64,000 nucleotides of DNA from Obrimoposthia wandeli (GCA_977020255.1 CDROCS010002069.1:62001-126000); one strand, 5' to 3'. Counted from the first letter of the stretch, positions 1 to 11,379 are shown. Notes: generated from the letters alone by a model not told the origin. Numbers and translations are program-made.

Positions 1-3000
1 ACTTTCATCTTTAAATTTTTCTATCGCTGTATTAAGCGTCGTATAAAGCGGATGGGTTTTTGGAAATTTCGAGGTATCCAACAGTCCATCAGCAATCATA
101 GCAGGTAACAGTGATTCTTGAACATTTACATTATTACACTTCAAGAAAAAGCTATCAGTGTCACCTGCTATAATTCTAATGTCGCAGTTAAATTGAACTC
201 GATATTTCTCCAACTGCTCATATTGTAGCTCATACATACGAAGTTTGCTTAAATCTAATACCGCCTGGCCCATGTAACTAGGACGATCCAAAACAATATT
301 TTCCTTATCCAGTAAAACTGCAATAAGGACCGTATCGATTTCGATTGTCCTACGAAAGTGGGCTTTACTGCAATAGGTAACCAGCTTCTGTGGAGTATTA
401 CAAATCCGGAGGTTAATTCTTTTCATCAGATTCTCAATGAGTTTTCCAAATAAAGAATTCACCTTCAGTTTACAATAATCCCGCTCGAAATCTGTTGTAG
501 CCGCAGCTCTTTTGAGAGAATTATCCTCAATATATTTTGAAAAAACATTAGTTTGTTCAAACCGTATTGCTCTGTATACAAAATCTACCTTAGCACCAAG
601 TCTAACGTACATTTGTAGCAATCTAGAATGCACAACATAATGTTTCTTAGGGTAATGTGTTAATAACAATTTTTCAGTCTTACACCCTGGTGGACGCTGT
701 TTAATTGGAGCAAGGGGAAGATCGTCGAATTTATTATGAAGCTCAAAGGGAATGGATAAATCTATTTCCAATAAATGAGCGAAGCGACTACAGGATAAAT
801 CTACTGATTTTAACCTGGAGATAATATTCCCCAACTCTAACCGATCAGTCACCCAGGAAAAGTTACCACAAGGTAAAAACTGGGACATAGCTCACCCGTA
901 CAAATTGTTTACATCAATGTACAAAAGTTCTGTACCATTGATGGCGTCCACGCAGTGTTCATTAACAAATGTCATACCCCCGCAAATCCCAGACCGGAAG
1001 AGTCGGTACATTTCTGGATCCTGTATTAGCTCGACTCGCACAACGGGAGCAGAAGAAGAAGCCGGACGAAGCAGGGATTTGAAAGCACTTGCGAAAGTCA
1101 GTCCTGGAAATAAAAACATTTATTAAAATCATTGTGAAAATCATTACTTTGAAAATCATCTATCTAACAAAGACAGTCACGCATCTATATTGCAAATACT
1201 TGCATCTTTATGTAATCAATAGTAACATTTATTCTTATACATGTATATATATATATATGTGAGTATCTAACAAAGACAGTCACGTACTGCATCTATATTG
1301 CAAATACTTGCATCTTTATGCAATCAATAGTAAGAAGTACTACATTTATTCTTATACATGTATATATATATGTGTTAGTGTCTAAAATTAGAAAAAATTA
1401 GAAAAATACAAACCAGGGATGGAGAAGAAATTGAGTGGCTCCAATCCATCGTCAGCAATGGCCTTGGTCCGGAATGTTGTAAACACGTCTGCTAGAAGGT
1501 AGACGTCCATCTTCATATAGACCAGCATATAATCCCAGAGCGATGAGCAGCCGCTCTGAGTCCAGACCATCTTCGCCATCTCATATTGTACTGGCTTGAT
1601 CTTTTCATCCCACTTCGGCGGTAAGCTGGTGATTGATCGAAGAGCAGTCTTTGATACTGCCATATCGTATGGGAAGATTCCCTTGGCGCTCACCAGATGT
1701 TGCGGGAAGACCGAATGTGTAAGAGGAGTCACACCCAGGTTTTCCACAAGTTTTTCTAAGCTGCTGTTCAAAAATTGAAGGGAATCGATGAAACGTATAC
1801 AGACTCCTCCAATATACACCATCATAGCCTGGAATTTCTCTGTTGATTGAGGTATAACAGATACATTCCAGTCGGGAAACTTGCATAGTGCGTGCTTCAA
1901 TATGTGGTGCATGTCATAACCCATAAGATTGTGAAAAATGACGGGAAAAGATCGATTGATTCTCCTTGATAAGTTGCATTTCGTATGCGCTGCTCCCAGG
2001 TATTCGCCAGTCATGTGATCGTGATCTCGTACCTTGTTTGCGAGTTTCTTCTTACACAGATAACAGATTCTTGCTGCATTGAAACTCGATACCTGTTCCT
2101 GTGTGAGTTGTCGCATCACCTCGATCGCATGCTTCTTGTACCATGGGAGTACAACCTCTTTCGACAAGTCCTCTTATTTCTGCAAAAAGGATACCACACA
2201 AGATTCCCCGGTAAAGACCGAGTAATCATGTGTATACCCTCTCGTGGCTGCAACGGGAGACATGAGCATACCGGCCGAGATTGGAAGCTGAATCTGATGG
2301 TGGATTCCATGCGGCGGTAGCACAGCCTCAGAAGTCCGCGTAAACAGCAAAAGGCGGAGAAATCGTTTTTGAAAAGTCCTTAAACTCAATATGCTTCTCT
2401 GTAGGCATTAAATAAAGCGTTGTATGATCTAAATTCATCCTACAGAGCGGAACGTGTTTGGCGTAACTTATCGGACTACGGAATCCATGAAGACACTTAT
2501 GGCACCAAGTACACCGAATGCAATTAGATACACCTTTGTTCCTATAATTAAGCAGCCTATTGAGTTTAGGAATACCGACATAATGAAAATTATCATTATT
2601 TTCTAAAAGGAGAAGATTGATTGGCTTAGCGTCTGGGTTTGTGGTTCTGTAAATGACATCCACATAGGGATTTTTGAAGATATCTCCATCTGTGTGCACA
2701 TTAGAGAACCTATTGAATGTAAATACGTTGATTGAGAGAGATGGATTCTTTCTCTCAAATCGCGGTATATTACATAAACGCATCGGCATCTCATTCTCAT
2801 CAAAAACTAATTGACTCAAAAAGGCATCATATTGATTAACCCGATGAGGATTAGAGCGAAATACTTCGCGGAAAAGTAAAGATAAGATACTGTAAAGGAA
2901 GCAAAAAGCGTTTGAGTTCTTCACATTGATAACGCAATGTGAGAGTGCTAACTCAGATGGATTAGGTATATAACTACTTCCCTGGAGATAGTTCATTATT

Positions 3001-3879
3001 GTTGTTTTAGTCACAACAAACGAAATCTCCAGGAAGCGGTTCACTACCCAATTACTGCTACTTTGAGAATAATTCTCAATCTTCTTGTTGATTCCATATA
3101 CTCCCGCATCTATAAACCCCTCATCTATGGGGAGCCCTCTATTGGAAAAATTTCAAGCGCGTGTTTCTTCAATATTGGAAAATTCAACACGCACCCCGAA
3201 TTGAACCTTGCAAGTCGCAAACTTGCTGACTGTGTCCCTTAAGCTAGTCAAAAAGGGATACAGGAACTTGTAAATCGATTAGATTGTCATTAGAAACATC
3301 TAATGACAATGTCTCAATCGTGCCCCGAAGACTAGTCTTACGCTTAACAGCATCAACCCTGGAAAACTTCGCAACAGAGCTACCTGAAGTGGGCATAACA
3401 CTTCTCTTGCGGGTAGATGCTGGTAACGGCGCGGGGATCATACCAACTGGAGGAGGCATAACTGGAACCATTGGTGCAGCAGATGGTGGCGAAGCAACTG
3501 GACTAGTAACTGGAACAGCAGCAATTGGGGTAGATACTGGGACAGCAACAATTGGGGCAGCAATTGGCGAAGCAGCAACAACTGGACCAGCAACCCGAGA
3601 AATAGTAGCAGATCTATTCTGAAAGATGGCCTTCTTGCCACGTTGCTGGAAATGACGAAGATGGACACAATGACGCGCCACAAACTCCGGCCAATCAATC
3701 TCCTCCGCGGAGAGACATACTGGACATACGTAGAATTGTTGTCCGTTGAACTTCTGTCAAAAGTAGCTCTTCATTTTTCCGTCACATTCCTTGTGACTCT
3801 CCTCAAAGCATAATTCTTTGTTCATATTGCAATTCTAGAAAGAAATAAATTAGCAGAAAAATAACAATAAACTTACCAT
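1..3879 (-). pseudogene. polB: Protein-primed family B DNA polymerase, copy A. Predicted exons 3877-3879, 1414-3834 and <1-1103
   Basis: Motifs YADF, DHDHMTG..CN, IFHNLMGYD, FIDSLQFL, KGIFPYD and IDVNNLYG*AMS. The C-terminus matches 58853-60064 (KLKVNSLFGK, IAGDTDS). Stops at 3757-3759, 3153-3155, 2174-2176 and 892-894. Frameshifts near 3250 and 2330. Confidence 0.93.
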
Positions 3880-4010
3880 TTTCAATTTCGTTTATAATAG
3901 GGGATTATTTGTTGATTGATGCTTGCTTATATACTATTTTCGAGCTAGTATTAAGCCAATCAGATTCATTCATTATTTAAACCAACCAGATTAATTTAAA
4001 ACAGAATAGT

Positions 4011-4520
4011 TTACTGACAGATGTGAGTAGTTGAATTTTCATTAATATTTAAATAATCCAAACTAGCTGCAAAGCATTTCTTGTATGCACAATGCTCGCC
4101 ATGTTTAATATATGAACAATTGATATTTGATGAATTTAATTGTTTTAATGTTTTCGAGTAATTTATCACTCTAAATTCAGGAAAATATTTATTGATTGTC
4201 TTTATTTTAGCTCCATTATTTTCATCCAAAACATAGAAAATTGATTTGGATACATCACAACCACGTTTTATTTCCTCAGTTATTTCTTGTATCTTGAAAT
4301 AACTATTACCATCAACTAGTTTTAGTCGATGGTAATGCTTAATGAGATATCTATTTATTTTTCTTGATTTTCTATTCATCATGTCCCATATGGGTTGCAT
4401 TTTAAAAACATAATGTTTAGGATAGAAGATTGCATTCACATCCATTAAACATAGTTCTTTTATTACATATTCAGTATTATTATCAATAAAATCTTCAAAA
4501 TCAATAAAATAAACAGCCAT
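4011..4520 (-). CDS. DEDD/DnaQ-like exonuclease-fold protein with C-terminal Cys/His cluster
   Basis: N-terminal YFIDFEDF..YVIKEL resembles ExoI, and the C-terminus has C..H..HCA..C. Intact 169-aa ORF. Family assignment is by motif only. Confidence 0.55.
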   Translation of the reverse strand: MAVYFIDFEDFIDNNTEYVIKELCLMDVNAIFYPKHYVFKMQPIWDMMNRKSRKINRYLIKHYHRLKLVDGNSYFKIQEITEEIKRGCDVSKSIFYVLDENNGAKIKTINKYFPEFRVINYSKTLKQLNSSNINCSYIKHGEHCAYKKCFAASLDYLNINENSTTHICQ

Positions 4521-4556
4521 TTTTATAGCAGTAATTTTATTTGATATTGTTTATAT

Positions 4557-4934
4557 CTATTGTTTATGCTTTAACCAAAGCAGACAGAGTTGTCCACATG
4601 ACTGTGTTAAAATATTTAGATAATGTTTCTTACTAAAATGTACTTTCTTTCCAGAGTCAAGTACTGTAGATACTAATTTAGAAGGGTAATATATCCCAAA
4701 GGGGTCAAAAACAAAGATTTCATTTTCTTTAACATGTATTGCAATCCAATGTTCACCACGCAAATTAGATGAATGTGTATTGATTACATATCCACCTAAA
4801 CGAGTCAAAGAGGGGATATGATCAAGACTGTAGACTCCATTGAAACGCGAACCGAGTAGTTTTCTTCCGCTTTTTGTTATCTCGTCCGAACTAAAATATA
4901 TATTAATTAATAAATTCAAACTGACTTACTTCAT
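4557..4934 (-). CDS. Adenain-like cysteine protease. Predicted exons 4930-4934 and 4557-4890
   Basis: Catalytic H (GEHW), D (FDPFG) and Q..C (TQSCG). ATGAA|gtaagt...ttttag|TTCG gives MNSDEIT. Confidence 0.92.
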
Positions 4935-4963
4935 TTATATCTTCTTTATTGTTTTCATTCTGT

Positions 4964-6193
4964 TTATACTAGTACTGTTCCTCCCTTGGTAATTTGAACC
5001 TCAGAATCGAATACTCCATAGATTATAATATTAGTAGGATGTTCAAGTGCTTTTAAAAACTTGATTTCTACTTTCAAATTTCCCTGTTTAGGGATTTGAG
5101 CTTGATTAATATCGAAATCAGGAGAGAGAACAAATGTGAACAGTGTATACTTGTCCTTGAAATCAGTCATTGAAATTCCAATATTAGCATCCTTATCCAA
5201 ATGACCAAGATTTCTAATTAAAGATTGCACATAAGAAAACACATAATCATTATTTTCAAAGTTATTCGTATAAGATTCTTGATAATCAATATTTCATGCA
5301 AGTTTAATTGAACTCACATTCATGTGTCCAAATTGAGAAACCTCATTTTTAGACTCACCTCCATAGGTAGACGTGTTTTGGAAAGCAATTAAAACAAAGT
5401 TTGGAAGTTGCATATCACCAAAAATCTGATTCTTGTAATAAGATAGTGCCCCCGTAGGGATAGCGTGAGAAACAAGATTAGTTTTTCTAATAGGATAACA
5501 TGCATTTTGCTTCTCCAACCCTATTCAATGTGCAACAAGTACAGATGGTTCCACCTTTACTCTACGAACCAGCAGTTTTGCTTCCGTAATCTCAATTGCG
5601 GTTTTAATAGTATCGTCGCAAACAACACTAAAACCTACTGGATTTCTCTTCATTCGAATATGTGCACTTACACCGGGTAAAAGATACTTTGGTTGCTTAA
5701 AGAAATCCAAATGGAGACTCCCATAAAGTGACAATACTTTAGATTTCGCAATCGAAGCTGTTCTTCTTTTTTCATCATTGTCAAACCCAATTGCATCAAG
5801 ATTAATCAATTTCGTATCATTACCGTAATTCAACAATGTTTCAATCATTGCTTTATGACTGTAACTAGTATTATTTCCCTCAACTTTCACATTATTGAGA
5901 CTGAGAATCACATCCTTGAAAAGAGTATGCAACATGTAATTAGCTGATTTGATATCCATATCATCATCCAAATCACATCCACCTTCCTTTGTAACTTTCA
6001 ATTTAACGAGAAATAAACTATCATTCAAATCAAGATATTGAGTATTGGATCCATTAATATTGAATTCTAAATCCGGAGAAGATGTCCCGTTAACCGTATT
6101 TGTCGGAAATATTTCTTCAAAACTAGCACTATCAACCACAACCTGAGGTATAGGTTTATCGAATATACACAATTCAGTTTTAGCACAACTCAT
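4964..6193 (-). pseudogene. Major capsid protein (double jelly-roll), about 409 codons with two in-frame TGA
   Basis: ORFs 5525-6193, 5294-5518 and 4964-5242 lie in one frame separated only by TGA at 5525-5527 and 5294-5296. Polinton MCP-like motifs ELCIFDKP, YLDLNDS, FFKQPKYLLPGV and YTLFTFVLSPD. Confidence 0.9.
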
Positions 6194-6555
6194 TACTTAA
6201 AAATTGTTCCACCTAGTTTCAAACGTTTGTTTATACCCGATGCTTTAGATGTTTTCTTACGTTTATAACCACTTCCCTTTTGAGTTTTCTTTTTCAAAAA
6301 TTCAGCTAGACTTGGTGAAATTTCATTCACCTGATCCAAGGCTGCATCCTTTAGTGTGGGAAGAAATTTCTCATCACTAGACAAGTATTTTGATCCAACA
6401 TTAGCAATAAATTTCCCGAGTAGCTTGAGTAGTGGGAAAGCAAAGCGACCAAAAACCTTCATCCATCCTGATCCATACTGTTTTCCGGTAAAATAAGGCA
6501 AATCACCTCCTTGCATCGGTTTACTATATGCATCGATTATACTTGAATCAATCAT
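6193..6555 (-). CDS. Small basic putative virion core protein
   Basis: MQGGDLPYFTGKQYGSGW and QKGSG motifs, Lys-rich tail, position between penton and MCP. A diverged homolog lies at about 25760-27095. Confidence 0.75.
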   Translation of the reverse strand: MIDSSIIDAYSKPMQGGDLPYFTGKQYGSGWMKVFGRFAFPLLKLLGKFIANVGSKYLSSDEKFLPTLKDAALDQVNEISPSLAEFLKKKTQKGSGYKRKKTSKASGINKRLKLGGTIFK

Positions 6556-7574
6556 AATTTACGAAAATGAACCGTTAAACTTGTTTTAGCTCCGTAAGCA
6601 AATGTAATTAATCTTCCAGAATCATTACGTATATTAACTTCAATATTGTTTATAGAAGAAGAACTCACGGGAATATACATTGGATTTTCAATTGGAATAT
6701 GTATAACATCACCATACTTGTGCTTTTCCTGTTGAACCCAAATTGCTTTAATTAAGGGAAGTTTCCTTCTTCCTACGAATATTGGTTCGGTAATACTCGT
6801 GTAGATATAAATCTGATTATATGCATTAGTCATTTTAGGAATAATCTTTGCTTTGAAAACCTCATTTTTATTTTCAAATTCATTTTCATCAAAACCGATA
6901 ATTGAGGCTAATGATTTATCCAAGATGATTTTATCAATATTGGATTTCAATTTGAAATGAATCAATTTATTAACTAGTTTAAAGTTTTCAAATACATTTG
7001 GTAACACTGTTTTAAAATGTTTACACATACTTTTGCTATCAGCAAAAAGAAAATCATTGGGAACTGAATATATTTTCCTCTCGCGTTTAACGAATCTGTT
7101 TTTTATCTTGAATGTAATTATCGGATACTTGACATGATTATCCATAATTTGTGAAACTGCATGCTTACCTATTTCAACTTTAGGCGGAAATCCATATTGT
7201 TCTGCAACAATTTCATCATTAAAAACTATTTCAAAATTATCCCCTTTTCCCATAATTTGAATTCGATTCTCTTTATTTAAAAAGATTGTGAAATCATCGC
7301 CAGCCTTAATACGAGCCAAATCCATTTGACCCTTATCAAATAGTAAAGTCACATCAGTTACTTTATCAGCTTCACGTTGAGTAATATATTCAATCTCAGT
7401 TTCACTTTGAATAGATAGAGAAGAGTAATTGAAAGAAAATTCCGTAAGAGCAGCTTCCCAACCACCAGGTAAATTGATTGAGCTTTGATAATCAATACTA
7501 AAACTATTAGCAGTATTATTCGGTTGAGTTAATGGCGAACCATTACTTGGTAATACAACATACATAGAGTTCAT
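6552..7574 (-). CDS. Minor capsid protein (penton)
   Basis: N-terminal YVVLPSN..PNNTANSF..WEAALTEF and C-terminal IEVNIRNDSG..TVHFR. The ATG at 7574 overlaps the integrase stop (ATGA). Confidence 0.88.
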   Translation of the reverse strand: MNSMYVVLPSNGSPLTQPNNTANSFSIDYQSSINLPGGWEAALTEFSFNYSSLSIQSETEIEYITQREADKVTDVTLLFDKGQMDLARIKAGDDFTIFLNKENRIQIMGKGDNFEIVFNDEIVAEQYGFPPKVEIGKHAVSQIMDNHVKYPIITFKIKNRFVKRERKIYSVPNDFLFADSKSMCKHFKTVLPNVFENFKLVNKLIHFKLKSNIDKIILDKSLASIIGFDENEFENKNEVFKAKIIPKMTNAYNQIYIYTSITEPIFVGRRKLPLIKAIWVQQEKHKYGDVIHIPIENPMYIPVSSSSINNIEVNIRNDSGRLITFAYGAKTSLTVHFRKL

Positions 7575-8583
7575 TCTATTTGAGAAGCTAATATCCAACT
7601 AGGTTCAGTATATCCATGCCACTTAACATGATATTGTTTATGCTTTCCTCTACTTTTTGTCTCTAAAATTTCTTGGATTCTATATACATTTGGTTTCTCA
7701 GGCAAGACTTGTAATTCCTCATGATAAAATTTACCCGTGATTACATTATTGGTTTCATCCTCAATGAAATACATTACCGGCATACGTTTATTATCCATTT
7801 TAGTTATACGAAATACTTCATCGCTCCAATTCTCTTTGAAATTCTTTATAAAAGGAGTAGTACTAATTTGAGAAATACGTACATAATCACCAACTTTATA
7901 CTTGGGTTTCCGCGCAACTTGACTTTGGTTACGGCGTTGCCAAATTTCCATAGCATTCTCATCTGTAACATCAACGGGTCTCTTTCGGTCTAATGATTGT
8001 ATGCATGTATTATTTGAGGTAAAACAGTAACCCAGGACTTATTTCCCTGCTTTGTGAAATACCTTTTCAAACGATCTCTCAATGTTCGATTAAAACGTTC
8101 AACTAAAGCGGCTTTATATTGGGAAAATACTGAGTAATGATTAATATTATGTTTTTTCAATAGTGTTTCAACATGTTTATTATAAAACTCCTTTCCACTA
8201 TCCGTTTGGAAATTTCTTGGTTTTATTTCTTTAATCAAAAGCTTCATTGCGGCTAAAACATCGGTACCAGACTTAGACTTTAATGGAATAGCTCGTGCGA
8301 ATCTGCTAAAGACATCAACACAAGTTGAAATATATCGATATCCGTTGTTAATACTCGCATACGGAATCATTTCCATCAAATCTGCTTGCCATAAATCATT
8401 CGGGCCGCTCGTTTTGTATGATCTCGTTGGGAACCGACGTCTCATTGGTTTGTTTAAGCTGTAAGCTAATTGATTTCTCAACCACGCCTGAGTTTCCTGC
8501 TTTGTCTTCTTTGACTCTTTTGCTAATTTTGAAACCCCTGTGTAACCAACGGGATGACTTGGATCGAACCATATTTTCTCCAT
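7571..8583 (-). pseudogene. int: Retroviral-like DDE integrase with C-terminal chromodomain, frameshifted near 7990
   Basis: WQADL, FQTDSGKEF and VERFNRTL catalytic motifs. The frame jumps from YNH to DRKRPVDV, consistent with a small deletion. Chromodomain-like YHVKWHGY..PSWI. Confidence 0.93.
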
Positions 8584-8680
8584 TGCAGCAAGACGATTTG
8601 ATTTTTAAATTGAATTTAGGAATAGATGGAAATGATCCCATATATAAATTCATATTATTGATTCGAATTTATGTTTATAA

Positions 8681-9103
8681 TCATCGGTTCATTAGTCTAC
8701 TAGCAAGTGCACCAACTATTGAGCTAATAATTGGTACGAGAAATCCTAAAAATCCACCACTTTGCTTATAAAGCAACTTACGTTTACCGATTCGTTGTTT
8801 GGCATGAAACAAAGCAAGTAGAGGTTTCTTATGCCGATTCAGGTTAGCCTTGACAATTATTTTACCAGAAACTATTTTCTGTATCATATTAAGTAAATCA
8901 TCAATTACAAAAGTAGGGAATGATTTAAGAATAGCTGGGCGGCGAATAGCAGGTGCACGCATGAGAGAATTGAAATAGGCAATATTCCTAGATTTCTTAA
9001 CAACAGTTCTTTTCGATTTTTGAGCAACCATTTTCCTTGCACTTAAAACTGATTTAATCAATTTTTTAACTTCGGGTTTAACAGTTTCCTTTTTAAAATT
9101 CAT
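8681..9103 (-). CDS. Basic Polinton structural protein ending in a QSGG-FLGFLVP amphipathic segment
   Basis: Lys/Arg-rich 140-aa ORF. The QxGG motif followed by a hydrophobic helix resembles conserved Polinton structural ORFs. Confidence 0.7.
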   Translation of the reverse strand: MNFKKETVKPEVKKLIKSVLSARKMVAQKSKRTVVKKSRNIAYFNSLMRAPAIRRPAILKSFPTFVIDDLLNMIQKIVSGKIIVKANLNRHKKPLLALFHAKQRIGKRKLLYKQSGGFLGFLVPIISSIVGALASRLMNR

Positions 9104-9750
9104 CTTCTCAAAACTGGTTTCTTTGTTTGTTTATAGACGGTTATTCCCGATGGATTGAATACATCAGTTCTAACTCTAAAGTCATCGGGACAATCTTGAG
9201 TAAAATCAATAAAAATGTATCCATGAGGAATAGTAGTTGCATCTTGAAATGAATCAATTAAAAACTTTCTATTATTCGGGTAAGCTTGTCTTGAAACAAA
9301 ATCAACAACCGTCTGATCACGTGGATTCTTTAAGAGAACAAGGTAATGTACATTCAAATTACGAGTTCTATGGTTCCCTCCTTGATGAAATAGATTTTGT
9401 GTGATGAAAATAACAGTTACTTCCCGATGTCGTGCTATTTTAGTGAATAAATTATTGAAATCACTCTCTTTATTTGCTTCTTGATATAAATCATCAATAA
9501 CAATAACATCATGTCGTTGTAATCGCTCAGACCAATTATCATCGAATCCATTAATGACTTTTATATTTTTGATTTTCTTAAACTCTTTACTGGTTAAACC
9601 AGCTTCTCCATCTCCTCCCTGATGCCAGTATATTTTATTAAACTTAAAACTAAAGTATTTATTATTTTGCAGTAATTTACATACAAAATGTGTTTTCCCA
9701 CTACCACTAGGACCTACAATCTGAAAAACTGAATTATTTTTTAAGTTCAT
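9100..9750 (-). CDS. FtsK/A32-like genome packaging ATPase
   Basis: Walker A GPSGSGKT, Walker B VIVIDD, then ARH and ITQN motifs. Intact ORF. Confidence 0.95.
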   Translation of the reverse strand: MNLKNNSVFQIVGPSGSGKTHFVCKLLQNNKYFSFKFNKIYWHQGGDGEAGLTSKEFKKIKNIKVINGFDDNWSERLQRHDVIVIDDLYQEANKESDFNNLFTKIARHREVTVIFITQNLFHQGGNHRTRNLNVHYLVLLKNPRDQTVVDFVSRQAYPNNRKFLIDSFQDATTIPHGYIFIDFTQDCPDDFRVRTDVFNPSGITVYKQTKKPVLRR

Positions 9751-9810
9751 ATTAAAAATATTAGATTATCGGGATAATGTTTATAAAATAAAACTATTTA
9801 AAATATTTTA

Positions 9811-10077
9811 TTACGAAACATCCAGCAACAAACAATAAAAAAAACTCTTCTCGTAGAAAAAGCTCCTTTTCTCTTCTTTGTTTGCGAGTTTCTTCTGATT
9901 GTATCCCTGAATGAGAAGATTGACTGCCTTGTCGTGCACCATTCTTCTTACGTGCTCCTCCAGGGGTAGATTTGAGACATCAATGAGTTGCAGGACATCT
10001 GGTTCTATGACATTCTTCGAGATGAAGCTCTTCACCGCCTTGTCAACATCTTGCTTGAAATAGTTTGGAGTAGACAT
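9811..10077 (-). CDS. Hypothetical 88-aa protein
   Basis: ATG at 10077 is preceded by the GTATATAAGC box (10107-10116) also seen upstream of polB. Confidence 0.55.
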   Translation of the reverse strand: MSTPNYFKQDVDKAVKSFISKNVIEPDVLQLIDVSNLPLEEHVRRMVHDKAVNLLIQGYNQKKLANKEEKRSFFYEKSFFYCLLLDVS

Positions 10078-10144
10078 AATGATGATGAAGAAGTAAAAAG
10101 TAATCTGCTTATATACTATACATCTGAAATCTGATTGGTTAATA

Positions 10145-10250
10145 AATACACTGACTAATAAAGACACTAAAGACACTAACTAATAAAGACACTGACTAAT
10201 AAAGACACTGACTAATAAAGACACTGATTAATAAAAACACTGATTAAAGA
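10145..10250. repeat. Tandem repeat of about 16 bp (ACTAATAAAGACACTG), about 6 imperfect copies
   Basis: Directly visible. It lies between the phosphatase-like gene end and the next promoter. Confidence 0.85.
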
Positions 10251-10266
10251 TAAAGACGAATAAAAT

Positions 10267-11266
10267 TTACACATGATAACGATTAAAAATACGTATTTGA
10301 TGAAGCATAGCTTCATTAGGAGCAGCAATAGTCCGTTTAGCTTTAACAAGATTCGAAGCAGCAGTAACACCAATCGAATGAGATAAAAATGCAATAACAA
10401 TGCAAGCAGCATGTTAACTACCATAATGACCACATACTAAAATCTTACCACCATTTTCGATAGTTTCTTTAATTATATTATTAGTCTGTTTATAATACTT
10501 CATTATTGTTTCTCCTAATTTTGAGTTTACAAAGACAGAAGTATATTTTAATTTCTTATAAGATATTTTATCCAGTATAGATGTATTGATTACATGAGTG
10601 AAATTGGAGTTCAAAAGATTAGTTTCATCAAACCCATCTCGATAATTACCAATATATGATTGATTTACTAAAATCTCACTCATCGCTGTTTTGTTTAACT
10701 TTTCTACATTAAGTTGAGTAAATCTAGCACTAAACAAACAATCAAAAAGATGGGTCATGTGGTTCATTTCCATACTCGAAGCATGAGCTATTATGGGTTC
10801 CATAAAAGCCAAAGCATTTAAAAAATCTATCCGTCTCTTATCTTCAATAATTGGATCTATAATAATTTCTTCTTCTATCGTCACTTCATCAATAGTTTCT
10901 TCTCTTCTTATAACTGTTGTTGTTGTTGCTGGTGGTGATGATGTTGCTGGCGATGATGTTGCTTCTGGTGCTGAATTGATTTTCTCCAATTTATCAATTC
11001 CGAGTCAATTTAGTCTTATATATTAAACAAGGTTTGATTTCATTGGATCATCAGTTTCATCATATGATTTGATTGGAGTATTATTCAACCTTTCCATTGT
11101 ACTTAACATCTCATGTAAATGTAGTTGATGACGTAACCTAAACAGTTAAATAAACTACATATAAATATTACTCATGATTATTTTTCCTTATTAAAGCATT
11201 GAGAATAACTGAAGCAAGATCTTTTAATGCATCCTGAACCTCTTTACATTCAATAATTTCATCCAT
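10267..11266 (-). pseudogene. Dual-specificity-phosphatase-fold gene with a degenerate active site. Predicted exons 11172-11266 and 10267-11137, three in-frame stops
   Basis: Reading through the stops gives SEIL..SYIGNY..FTHVIN..GGKILVCGHYGS*HAACIVIAFL..VKAKR..APN..LHQI, matching the DSP pattern. A phase-2 intron at 11138-11171 joins the frames. Confidence 0.8.
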
Positions 11267-11307
11267 TTTATGATAAAGCAAATCAAATATTGTTTATAAC
11301 CCATGGA

Positions 11308-11379
11308 AAATCTATTTTAGACCACATTACAACTATTTGCAACTATTTGCAAGTAATGACATGTGATGTCTTTGTCTTT
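11308..11379. promoter_or_regulatory. Block of about 72 bp duplicated at 13047-13119, containing the TGCAA-N4-TTGCA palindrome
   Basis: Near-identical direct repeat. Each copy sits just upstream of a gene start. Regulatory function is inferred. Confidence 0.6.

Noticed and set aside
3284-3622. Gly/Ala/Thr-rich plus-strand ORF (and 61213-61638)
   Set aside because: It is the antisense shadow of the Pro/Ala-rich polB linker and has no ATG start.
892-5527. TGA reassigned to Trp, or programmed readthrough in polB and MCP
   Set aside because: TGA is the normal stop in three ATGA overlaps and in the ARGLU1-like gene, and TGG encodes the conserved Trp residues. The same genes also carry TAA stops and frameshifts. 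Sharing between copies is explained by common descent.
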